Source: an uncultured virus (IMG/VR IMGVR_UViG_3300010344_001225) (Duplodnaviria > Heunggongvirae > Uroviricota > Caudoviricetes). Taken from it: a stretch of DNA of 64,000 bases. Numbering within the stretch: position 1 is the stretch's first letter; the number at the start of each line of letters is the position of its first letter. Location of the stretch: the IMG/VR virus record IMGVR_UViG_3300010344_001225; one strand, 5' to 3'. The notes beneath the pieces were generated by a model. It was not told the origin of the DNA. It did no database searches and saw only the letters and a program-made list of their open reading frames with translations. The translations under genes were made by a program, and so were the position numbers. Positions 1 to 8,205 of this stretch are shown in pieces.

Positions 1-125
1 TTGTAGAGTTTAATGCGCTCTTCTTGACTTATTGTTGGGAATTTGTTGTACCTTATTAAAGCTTCATCAGACAAGCAGCCTACTATAACTTTCCCTCTTT
101 TTTTAGCCTCTTTTATGATATTGAG
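1..125 (-). pseudogene. Cytidylyltransferase-domain fragment of a second PEP mutase-type gene, lacking a start and running off the window edge
   Basis: Hand translation LNIIKEAKKRGKVIVGCLSDEALIRYNKFPTISQEERIKLY aligns with IAIIRKAQKLGKLIIGVLSDEAVASYKRFPLMPYEERKTVF in ORF 10316..12325. Confidence 0.75.
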
Positions 126-378
126 ATCGGCATACACATCTTATCAGCTTCATATGCTCTGTGATTTTCAAGAATTGTCATTGCTACTTTTTGCATAGCA
201 GGAAATGAACTTCTTGTTAAGTGATTAGCATTTACAATAACAGGAAACTGTTGATAATATTTTCGGAGAACCATAGATTCATCAAATCCATGCATCCAGC
301 AAATCTTGTGCGTATTTGGACTTGCTGATATCATCTTTGTAGGGATTCCATATTGAAATGCTATTTCAAGATCGTAAC
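113..378 (-). pseudogene. Chimeric remnant: glycosyltransferase internal fragment joined to a PEP mutase C-terminus
   Basis: YDLEIAFQYGIPTKMISASPNTHKICWMHGFD resembles GT4 N-domain; ANHLTRSSFPAMQKVAMTILENHRAYEADKMCM matches ANQLTRTGFPAMQNAAKLILENHRAKECDDVCM at the end of 10316..12325. Confidence 0.7.
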
Positions 379-494
379 CAAGCCTGTATGTAAGGTCAAA
401 AGAACGGCGGACGGCGGTATGTAGAAAAAAATAAAGCCCCAACCACTACATATTGTGGTCAGGGCTTTGGTCAAGACTGAATGTAAGGTCAAAA
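379..494. repeat. 23-bp imperfect direct repeat (379-401, 472-494) enclosing a hairpin; candidate recombination-site arm
   Basis: caagcctgtatgtaaggtcaaaa vs caagactgaatgtaaggtcaaaa (21/23); between them aaagccc...gggcttt stem at 433-468. Confidence 0.75.
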
Positions 495-746
495 ACACAT
501 TTTCGCCGGGGCATCTTTGACTGTGGGGTCATTTACACCCGTTAGTAAATAAACTCCCGCCTATGTTTCTGTGCCTTACTGTCACTATTCAATTTTTCCA
601 GTGTTTAAGCGGTTTTCCAGCCACCCCCGATTATCATTCTCAGAAGACTTTCAACCGAAAAATTCCGGAGCGATCTGTGGCTATAAAAATGGGGTGTCTG
701 CCCCATTTCAAAAACTGCTAAACTGCGGAACTGCGGAAATCCGCAG

Positions 747-998
747 TCATTTTTTCTTCTTTTCTGCCTTCTGTCGGAGCCAGTCTCGCAGCACAAATTC
801 TGCCTGCGAAGGATCATCGTCCGGCGAATTTCTGAAAACCCTCTCATGTGTCGGGATGTAAATTCCAGCACCCAGTTCCTCATCAGAGAGTTTACTCAAG
901 TCCACCGTTGGCGTGGCAGCTTGATTATCCGGCTCTTTTACCGATACACGGACATAGTGAGCCACGCGCAGTTTCTTAGATGTACGTTGTATTCTGAT
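747..998 (-). CDS. Small protein carrying only the N-terminal serine recombinase motif; start uncertain (ATC at 998 or ATG at 1037)
   Basis: KKLRVAHYVRVS..Q motif; GGAGGAGGT lies just upstream of an in-frame ATC. Confidence 0.4.
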   Translation of the reverse strand: MRIQRTSKKLRVAHYVRVSVKEPDNQAATPTVDLSKLSDEELGAGIYIPTHERVFRNSPDDDPSQAEFVLRDWLRQKAEKKKK

Positions 999-1238
999 CG
1001 CCTTACCTCCTCCCCGGTAACCTTGCAAGATGTACATCGGTGGTTGATCGCCTTACCGTCTTACCGTAAGATGTACGCTCATCGGTGTACACCTTAAACC
1101 ACAAGCGGTAACGTTGCAAGGCGTTCAATCGGTCTTGGTCATCTTACCGCCTTAAAGTAAGATGTCCGATCATCTTAAAATCGGAGCGGTAACCTTGCAA
1201 GATGTACACAGGAGCGTGTACTTCTTACCGCCTTACTT
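977..1238. repeat. Array of six inverted 9-bp box pairs (AAGATGTAC-like) with 91-bp higher-order period
   Basis: Pairs start at 977, 1027, 1068, 1118, 1159, 1199; five have a 10-bp spacer, one has none; spacing 50/41/50/41/40. Confidence 0.9.
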
Positions 1239-1450
1239 TTTAATTTCATTTCTCTCCGCTAAATGCTTTTTTCAGGGCTTAATTCAAAGGTATAAAACCT
1301 CGACCGCCTCAAAAAAAGCCGCTTAAATCGCAAATTTCGCGGTCAAAAAAAATCGGCACTCTTCTAAAAATTCCGCAATTTTCCTTCGAGCCAAAATCCA
1401 GTAAATAAACACCCGCGTTGCCACGTTTTCGACTCGACACTTGTGGTCGG

Positions 1451-1921
1451 TTAATCCTCTTCCGGAAATTCGTCATCATCGGGGAACTCATCAAAGTCCT
1501 CTGCTTCATCTTCCGCCGGACTGAGGACAAAGATTCTGTCTTTTGCCAGTCCTTCAAATTCAGAGAAATCGAACGTGATAACACTGTGTTCCGGAATGAA
1601 AGTGCCTTTTAGCCGATAGGTCTTATTGATATCCAGACCGACCGATCTCAGAACACCTTCCACAAACTGTTTACTGTGGATTCGGAACATGACATTGCTC
1701 GACAGAAAATTCTTCGGAACGGCAAAGGACAATTTCTGCTTTTCACTGCACGGCGCAATAGCGAGGCTGTCTCCTTCCTCGCTCAAAAACAATCCGATGA
1801 ACGGCGGCTCCCGTAGAAACCGAATCACGTCCTTGCCGATATTGATACACTTGTCTCCGCCTTTAAAGGATATTGTCGGTCTGTACGCTGCCGGTCTCTG
1901 AGATTGCTGTTCCTGCGTCAT
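1451..1921 (-). CDS. Recombinase-associated hypothetical protein, paralogous to the recombinase C-terminal domain
   Basis: RPTISF...INIGKDVIRFL...SLAIAPC similar to recombinase MPSMTL...IAFSKPFHKKM...SIAVRPC; acidic tail. Confidence 0.75.
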   Translation of the reverse strand: MTQEQQSQRPAAYRPTISFKGGDKCINIGKDVIRFLREPPFIGLFLSEEGDSLAIAPCSEKQKLSFAVPKNFLSSNVMFRIHSKQFVEGVLRSVGLDINKTYRLKGTFIPEHSVITFDFSEFEGLAKDRIFVLSPAEDEAEDFDEFPDDDEFPEED

Positions 1922-2681
1922 TGCTTTCTCCTTCCGCTTTTTCTGCTTCCGCCTTCGCCTTATCTTTCATGGCATCGGAATAAGTCTTTCCGAGACTGCT
2001 TGTGATATAGTCATCGAAAGGCTCATAATCCTGTGTCGGATGGGAAGCCATGTAGTCACTGTAGGTTTTTCCATAACGTTCTTTGTACTGATCCGGATAG
2101 TATTTTATCCGGCGTTTTTTTGTTTCGCCGGTCTTCGGGTCAATGTATTCTTCCGGCTTTGCGTCAAACATGACGGCCTCTTTTAAATCAAAACGAAGCC
2201 CAAGCCCCCTGTCTGTCATAACCAGTTGACCTATGGCTTTGAACCTTGCCTTTCTGTCCCAGTCCTCCATGATCTTGAAAATATCCTCGACAAAATCCGG
2301 TGAGGTCACATTTTTGTTTACCCACCGGTCATCTTTTATTCTGGCCCATGCTACAGAGGAACTCTCCTCTTCCTTACACATAACGACCAGAAGACTTTTC
2401 TTCTTTTCACTGAGCATCGGAAGGATGTACTCCACACCCTCAAACAGACGAATGCAAGCCATGTTGAAAGCAATCTGCCCGTACTTGATACTGGCGGCAG
2501 GTTTTTTGAGCATGGAGAAATAAGTCCCCGGCGGAACCTCGTAGCTTTCATATTGTTCGTATTCCAGCTGACTCCCCTGCTCCAGTTTTGTTTTGACCAG
2601 TTCCTGGATGAGATTAAATTCCTTCTCGGAGAACCCTCTGGGTGCTGATAGTTTCTTCTCGTCTGTTTCGTTCATATGCAT
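1863..2681 (-). CDS. Recombinase-associated hypothetical protein, paralogous to the recombinase C-terminal domain
   Basis: YEVPPGTYFSMLKKPAASIKYGQIAFN...SLLVVMC vs YQVPYGVYFLNNTMPSMTLSTKRIAFS...SIAVRPC. Confidence 0.8.
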   Translation of the reverse strand: MHMNETDEKKLSAPRGFSEKEFNLIQELVKTKLEQGSQLEYEQYESYEVPPGTYFSMLKKPAASIKYGQIAFNMACIRLFEGVEYILPMLSEKKKSLLVVMCKEEESSSVAWARIKDDRWVNKNVTSPDFVEDIFKIMEDWDRKARFKAIGQLVMTDRGLGLRFDLKEAVMFDAKPEEYIDPKTGETKKRRIKYYPDQYKERYGKTYSDYMASHPTQDYEPFDDYITSSLGKTYSDAMKDKAKAEAEKAEGESNDAGTAISETGSVQTDNIL

Positions 2682-2688
2682 TCTCCGT

Positions 2689-4644
2689 TCACATACTCAT
2701 GAGCAGGTCACTCAGCTCACTTTCGATTTCGTCTCTGGATGGGATAACGCCAATCAGCGGATTGACCATCTTTCTTCCTTTTATATATATGTCATTTTTA
2801 GACACACCCTCGATGATCCGATCCCGCCGTTGACGTTGCAGATAATTGAGACCGTGCTTGGAAAGTTGCCACTCTTCTGGGTAGGCAACATCACAGGCAT
2901 CATCCTTCAGATAGTCATTGCGATTGCAGGAAATGAAGTGCTTGACACTGTCCTCGTCCTGCTCGGTCATGCTTTCAAACAGTGCCTTTTTCTTTCCGAC
3001 CAGGATACGAGGCTCATCCAAGGAAAAGAACATAATCGGCACACCGTCTCTAACTTTCGTAATTCCTCTGAAACGGAATCGGAAGTCCTCCACCCATTCC
3101 ATCTCATCGTAAATCGCCGTGCAGAAAGCACTTGCAGGAAAACTCAACTTCACGTCCCCGTTCTCATTCACCAGTGGTATGGCGTTTAAGGAATCGGGGT
3201 CACAGGGTCTTACTGCGATGGATTTCAGTATCGGATGATAAAGAATTTCTACCGCCGTGCACTGATTCATCTTCTTATGAAACGGTTTAGAGAAAGCAAT
3301 CCGTTTTGTGGAGAGTGTCATGGACGGCATTGTATTATTCAGAAAATAAACACCGTAAGGCACTTGGTATCCGGCACAGCTCATGGATATGACCTTGCTG
3401 TGCTCTTCGCCGAAGAGAATATTTGCTTCATGAAGGATTTCTTCCAGTTCTTCATCGGAATAAACGCTCTCGCAGGAAGCAATAAAAAAGTTATAGGTGA
3501 TTCCCGGCAGCATCGGATTGATACTGACAAAGCCTTTGAGTGTGCCTTCATCAATAACAGATAGTTCCGGAACGCCGTCCAACCGACCACACGTTTGTGA
3601 CATCAGTAGTGCTGCTCTTGCGACTTCCGGCGTTACGATACCCTCATGATGGTTCGGTACAAAGGCACCTTCACGGATGCCTTCGTTCTTAGCAATTTTC
3701 TTCTTTTTGTAATCAAGGACTATGGTCTTTCTGGCTTCCAGATTACCGCAGCGACGCTCGTTCTCGATAATGGCACGAACCATCTGACTGTTCCAGTCGG
3801 TTCTGCCCTTTAAGGTCGGACGCTGTTTTTCTGTCAACACCTCGGCGATTTCACCGGATGTATGTCCGGCAAGATATGCCAGATAAATATATCTGACAGT
3901 CTGTGCCTCTTCCGGCTGAATAATCAGATCTCCGTCCTTGGTGTGTCTGTAACCCAAAAGATCAGATACCGGAAACTGATTTGTGAAAATGCGCTGGTCA
4001 TAGGAAAGAATCATTCGGCGGCTCTTGTTGCCGGATTCCCAATCAGCCAGCAATGCATGAAACCCAAGCGTCTGATCTGCGTCCTTATTTAATGTGAATA
4101 TGTTCTCCGTTTCAAAGTAGACTCCGATTGGCTTTTTCGGGTTCATGGTACGAAGCTCAGTGACATATTCGATACAGTCAGCAATATTACGGGCAAAACG
4201 AGAAACGCTGGCACAAATAATCATGTCGAACTTTCCCGCTTTGGCATCTACCATCATGCGTTTGAAATCTTCCCTATGTCGGGTTGAAGTGCCGGATTTA
4301 CCTTCGTCACTATACACTTCCGTCAGATTCCAGTTCGGCGTCTTGTCAATTTTATCTCTGTAATACAGTTCCTGATTTTCAATTGATGAGGTTTGGTTCA
4401 GGCTTTTGGTGCTGACACGGGTGTAGACCGATACATCTTTTTCCGTATCGTCCATTGGATTCGGGGTCGGTTTGGCATGTTTATAGATTATTCCTTCATA
4501 GGATTTGGCATTGCGAACACGAGCACGGATAGCTTCTCTTTCAGCTTCTTTCTCCTCGTGCTGTTTTTGCCAGTCTGATTCTTTGGGTTTTTCCTGAAGT
4601 TCAGCCTCATGTTTAATAATGTCATCCATGCCTGTTTCCCTCAT
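2689..4644 (-). CDS. Large serine recombinase with C-terminal extension
   Basis: YTRVST catalytic motif, DEGKSG, SVSRFARN, recombinase domain ending HHEGIV; no obvious zinc ribbon. Confidence 0.92.
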   Translation of the reverse strand: MRETGMDDIIKHEAELQEKPKESDWQKQHEEKEAEREAIRARVRNAKSYEGIIYKHAKPTPNPMDDTEKDVSVYTRVSTKSLNQTSSIENQELYYRDKIDKTPNWNLTEVYSDEGKSGTSTRHREDFKRMMVDAKAGKFDMIICASVSRFARNIADCIEYVTELRTMNPKKPIGVYFETENIFTLNKDADQTLGFHALLADWESGNKSRRMILSYDQRIFTNQFPVSDLLGYRHTKDGDLIIQPEEAQTVRYIYLAYLAGHTSGEIAEVLTEKQRPTLKGRTDWNSQMVRAIIENERRCGNLEARKTIVLDYKKKKIAKNEGIREGAFVPNHHEGIVTPEVARAALLMSQTCGRLDGVPELSVIDEGTLKGFVSINPMLPGITYNFFIASCESVYSDEELEEILHEANILFGEEHSKVISMSCAGYQVPYGVYFLNNTMPSMTLSTKRIAFSKPFHKKMNQCTAVEILYHPILKSIAVRPCDPDSLNAIPLVNENGDVKLSFPASAFCTAIYDEMEWVEDFRFRFRGITKVRDGVPIMFFSLDEPRILVGKKKALFESMTEQDEDSVKHFISCNRNDYLKDDACDVAYPEEWQLSKHGLNYLQRQRRDRIIEGVSKNDIYIKGRKMVNPLIGVIPSRDEIESELSDLLMSM

Positions 4645-5129
4645 TCTGTCTCTAAGATAATGTTTTCTTCTATTTTATATAGCCATTCCAGATAGCGATT
4701 TGGCTCCACGGAAATGTACTTCTTTGCTGCCGCCAGAAGCTCTTCCCTCTGTTGCTCCGCGTTCTCAATCGTATTGATATTGTAATCAGCGTCCTCAGTG
4801 ATAAGATCAATCCGGTTCGGCAGCGTGAACAGATAATGAACCACAAAGAAGAAGTCTTCTGTGTTTGCCGCAAGATATGCTTTGGTCTGAGTGGCGATGC
4901 AGTTGATTCGTTTCCTCTTGCAAGCACCAAGCAACTGAAGCATACCGGGGCGTTTCCAGATTTCCTTTCGTCCGGTAATATCGATGTATACATCTATAAG
5001 CTCCATGTTTGGAACAGCCTTAAATTTTTCCTTATAATATTCCTGGTGAAGCATGATAGCCTCTTCTCTTTTTCTCTCCCAGAGCTTTGCCAGCTTCACA
5101 TATCCGACCACCTGGTAATTCTCATTCAT
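4641..5129 (-). CDS. Resolvase catalytic-domain-like protein lacking the catalytic serine
   Basis: VVGYVKLA in place of YxRVS; ELIDVYID, RPGMLQLL, INCIATQT pattern follows the resolvase fold. Confidence 0.65.
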   Translation of the reverse strand: MNENYQVVGYVKLAKLWERKREEAIMLHQEYYKEKFKAVPNMELIDVYIDITGRKEIWKRPGMLQLLGACKRKRINCIATQTKAYLAANTEDFFFVVHYLFTLPNRIDLITEDADYNINTIENAEQQREELLAAAKKYISVEPNRYLEWLYKIEENIILETE

Positions 5130-5350
5130 TCGATTCCTCGTTTCCTAACATCTAATTTGAATCCGTGTCCCAGTTCCTTCAGCTCCAGTGCTTCAGCGAA
5201 CCGCATCATTTCCGTATATCGTGAATCGGATGTGTGATAAATCATTCGGTTGGATTTATTTCGGGACTCTTCCTCGGCAAGTTGTGCAACGGTTACAAGT
5301 CGCAGGCTCTCTAACGCATCTGCTGATAAAGTATTATTCTCTGTAATCAT
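5126..5350 (-). CDS. Small protein resembling the serine recombinase helix E
   Basis: LVTVAQLAEEESRNKSNRM vs FHALLADWESGNKSRRM in the 651-aa recombinase; 4-bp overlaps with both neighbours. Confidence 0.6.
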   Translation of the reverse strand: MITENNTLSADALESLRLVTVAQLAEEESRNKSNRMIYHTSDSRYTEMMRFAEALELKELGHGFKLDVRKRGIE

Positions 5351-6333
5351 GTGTTTGTTTCTCCTTTACCGTCCGGCAAAGACCAATACCACTGACCGTC
5401 TTTTCGGATGGATATAATTCCGAGTTCCTTTTTCGCATTCCGGATGGTACGGTCACTAAGATTCATCCCTTTCAGCGATTCAAAGATTGCATTTGCCGGA
5501 AGCCTACCCTCCTTCAGTCGCTCAGCAATCAGAAATGCAACAGCGCAGGTTTTATTCATAGGCTTATCCGGTTTGCTTTCTTCTACCACAACTTTTCTGA
5601 CAGCCTCGATCCACCGGAAGCCTTCGTTCCGGTTAAGTTCGTAGTATATGTCTGCGCCTTTGGGAGCGAGACTGTTCTTGACCTGCTTAACTCTTTTAAT
5701 ATCAGGATTCTCTGAATCGCTTTCCACCTGCAAAACGCTTCTTGCTGCGGCGACCACATCAATACTGCCAATGCCACGGTAAAGATCTTTTGTGCCCTCG
5801 TTCTTAGTGAAGTGGCTTATCAATATAATGGCACAATCATACATGGCCGCCCAAATGGAAAGCCGGTGCATGAGCTTACGAGCTCTGCTGGTCACAAAGA
5901 TATTAGAATCACTACCGATGTAACTCTGTACCGGATCAATAACCACCAGTTTTGGTTTTACCGTGACAATAGACTCTCTGATTCGTTCATCATCAAGGGT
6001 AAGATTTGCAGCTATTTCTTCATCTATAAAAGCAATGTTACTGCAATCAGCACCGAAGGATTCAAGTCTCGGCTTAATCGTATCCGCCACGCCATCTTCA
6101 GAACACTGGTACATGGATTGAAGCGGTTCTTTTATCTTTGTTCCATCTGGCAATTGTCCCCCTCTTGACAGCTCTGCAATCAGGTTCAGCGCCATTGTTG
6201 ATTTGCCGTCACCCGGATCTCCTTGAAGAAGTGTTATCTTCGCCAGCGGTATGTACGGATACCATATCCAGCGCACTTTTGCCGATTGAATCTGATCGTA
6301 GGTTTTAAGATAATCAAGGTCATTTTCAACCAT
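5347..6333 (-). CDS. AAA_25 / RepA-like P-loop ATPase
   Basis: VRWIWYPYIP, Walker A GDPGDGKS, LVVIDP, SHFTK, GIGSID..AAARSVL; AAGGAGG before ATG at 6333. Confidence 0.88.
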   Translation of the reverse strand: MVENDLDYLKTYDQIQSAKVRWIWYPYIPLAKITLLQGDPGDGKSTMALNLIAELSRGGQLPDGTKIKEPLQSMYQCSEDGVADTIKPRLESFGADCSNIAFIDEEIAANLTLDDERIRESIVTVKPKLVVIDPVQSYIGSDSNIFVTSRARKLMHRLSIWAAMYDCAIILISHFTKNEGTKDLYRGIGSIDVVAAARSVLQVESDSENPDIKRVKQVKNSLAPKGADIYYELNRNEGFRWIEAVRKVVVEESKPDKPMNKTCAVAFLIAERLKEGRLPANAIFESLKGMNLSDRTIRNAKKELGIISIRKDGQWYWSLPDGKGETNT

Positions 6334-6479
6334 ACCGCTTGTGCCTCCTTCTCTTGCAATTGCTGACAATCAGAGCAATTTTAATTACACCTATAATTAT
6401 AGTGACATGGTGGTTGAATACCATGGCCTACAGGCCATATTTATTTCAAAAACTTTACCTATACACCATATTTTTGAGT

Positions 6480-6531
6480 AAGATGTACCACTCGTCTAAG
6501 GGAAAAAGGTGATCGCCTTGCAGCCTTACTT
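6480..6531. promoter_or_regulatory. Copy of the array half-sites in the divergent intergenic region
   Basis: aagatgtac 6480-6488 and gatcgccttgcagccttactt 6511-6531, matching array arms, with a 22-bp spacer. Confidence 0.7.
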
Positions 6532-6650
6532 TCCATAACACATTTTGTTCATAGAAAAGCATCAAAAAATGAGTTGATAACTGTCCACCGTAGAGGTAAT
6601 ATCCCACATGCTAAGTGGGTCTCCGACTCTTATTTACGAGGAGGTTTCAT

Positions 6651-6995
6651 ATGGAGATAAACTACATTAAACTTGGAGAAAGAGTCCGATTCTTCCGGCT
6701 GCAAGAAAAGCTGTCGCAGGAAGAGTTGGCAGAAAAAGCGGCAATTGGTGTAAAGCACGTCAGTTTCATTGAAAACGGGAATACGAATCCCAGTGTTGAT
6801 GTACTTGCCAACATCGCCGCTTCTCTAAACGTCACTTTAGACCAGCTTCTCATCGACAGTCTGTCAGATGATTTGCAAAACAAAAAAGACCTGAATAAGC
6901 TACTTCTGGAATGCACTCCGGAAGCAGCCTCTATTCTGGTCGACAATTTTACGGAATTAAAAAAGGTACTCGAAAAGTACCAGATCAAGGAATAA
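6651..6995 (+). CDS. XRE-family HTH regulator
   Basis: LGERVRFFR...LSQEELAEKA...HVSFIENG; GAGGAGG RBS. Confidence 0.9.
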   Translation: MEINYIKLGERVRFFRLQEKLSQEELAEKAAIGVKHVSFIENGNTNPSVDVLANIAASLNVTLDQLLIDSLSDDLQNKKDLNKLLLECTPEAASILVDNFTELKKVLEKYQIKE

Positions 6996-6999
6996 GGTC

Positions 7000-7067
7000 A
7001 AAAAAGACCCGCTATAGCCCCAGAAGCATCCACACAATGGATGCGATCTGTGGTTATAACGGGTCTG
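7000..7067 (-). terminator. Long hairpin terminator between convergent xre and ppd
   Basis: agacccg...gcatcca-cacaa-tggatgc...cgggtct with an A run on the + strand side. Confidence 0.7.
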
Positions 7068-7083
7068 AACATTTATATTGAAA

Positions 7084-8205
7084 TTATAGCGTTTTCAGAT
7101 ACTCCATAAAGTTCTGTTTGTTTTCCAAGGCAGTAGTGGTTGGTCTTCCGAGATCATCTCTTGCACCGATGGAACATTTCACTTCAATGAGGCTGAGTTC
7201 GTTTCTCGCCTTTGCTGCTTCAAGTTCCTTGTCCAATGCTTCGAAAGAATCAACACATACCGCATTCGGATAGCCACAGGCTTTTGCAATTGCAACAAGA
7301 TCAATAGAAGCGGCTACTGTCGGCATTCCTCCGACTGTTTCATGGGCTCCGTTGTTAATCACAACATGAATCATATTCTTCGGCTTGTTTGCTCCAAGAA
7401 CAGCCATTGAACCCATATGCATCAAAACAGCACCGTCTCCATCAACACACCAGATTCTTGTGTCTGGTTTGTTGATAGCAACGCCTAGGGCTATAGAAGA
7501 ACTATGACCCATTGAACCGACAGTCAAAAAATCATATTTATGGCTCTGTCCGTTGGCAACTCTTGTTTCAAAAAGTTCACGGCTTGCCTTGCCTGTCGTG
7601 CTGACAATCGGATCTTCTCCACTTGCCTTTACAATATGCTGAATGATTTCTTCACGAACCATCGTGTTATCATTTGCATATTTAACTTTCTCATCATAGG
7701 ACAAGGCACCCTTGCGGATAACAAAAGCTACGTCTTTCCCGGAAGCAAGCACTTCACGGTAATCAGCCATCACTGCTTCTACTTCTTCATCTGTGGTTTC
7801 TTTTCCAATAGCAAAAGCCTTAATACCCATATCTTCGAGGAGTTTTACCGTGACTTCACCCTGATAGATATGCTGCGGTTCATCGTGAATTCCCGGTTCA
7901 CCTCTCCAACCGACGATGAAAACAACAGGGATTGCATACACTTTATCATTTAATAAGGAAGCAACAGGATTGATGATGTTTCCTTCCCCGCTGTTCTGCA
8001 TATAAACGACAGGAACCTTACCGGTTGCAAGATGATAACCGGCAGCTAATGCTGTGCAGTTACCTTCGTTTGCCGCTATGATGTGATGCTTCTGATCTAT
8101 GCCATAGGTATTCATTAAGTAATTACACAGAGCCTTCAGCTGTGAATCCGGAACACCGGTATAAAAATCAGAACCAATTATTCTTACTAAGCTTTCTACT
8201 TTCAT
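7084..8205 (-). CDS. ppd: Phosphonopyruvate decarboxylase
   Basis: FYTGVPDSQLK, AANEG, YMQNSGEGN, DEPQH, TPP motif GDGAVLMHMG..NN. Confidence 0.95.
   Translation of the reverse strand: MKVESLVRIIGSDFYTGVPDSQLKALCNYLMNTYGIDQKHHIIAANEGNCTALAAGYHLATGKVPVVYMQNSGEGNIINPVASLLNDKVYAIPVVFIVGWRGEPGIHDEPQHIYQGEVTVKLLEDMGIKAFAIGKETTDEEVEAVMADYREVLASGKDVAFVIRKGALSYDEKVKYANDNTMVREEIIQHIVKASGEDPIVSTTGKASRELFETRVANGQSHKYDFLTVGSMGHSSSIALGVAINKPDTRIWCVDGDGAVLMHMGSMAVLGANKPKNMIHVVINNGAHETVGGMPTVAASIDLVAIAKACGYPNAVCVDSFEALDKELEAAKARNELSLIEVKCSIGARDDLGRPTTTALENKQNFMEYLKTL

Larger units (their letters stand above)
600..7060. mobile_element. Putative integrative element / serine recombinase module inside a polysaccharide locus; boundaries approximate
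   Basis: Coupled operon ATPase - resolvase pieces - large serine recombinase - two accessory genes, divergent XRE, site array, 17-bp repeat at 670 and 7043. Confidence 0.6.

Noticed and set aside
442..459. NrdR-box-like ACCACTACATATTGTGGT
   Set aside because: Single copy inside a terminator-like hairpin with no nucleotide reduction gene nearby
977..1238. CRISPR array
   Set aside because: Variable parts are only 10 bp, repeats are degenerate inverted pairs, and no cas genes are present
6993..7003. Third copy of the 379/472 arm (TAAGGTCAAAA)
   Set aside because: Only 11 bp match, spanning a stop codon and A run; could be chance
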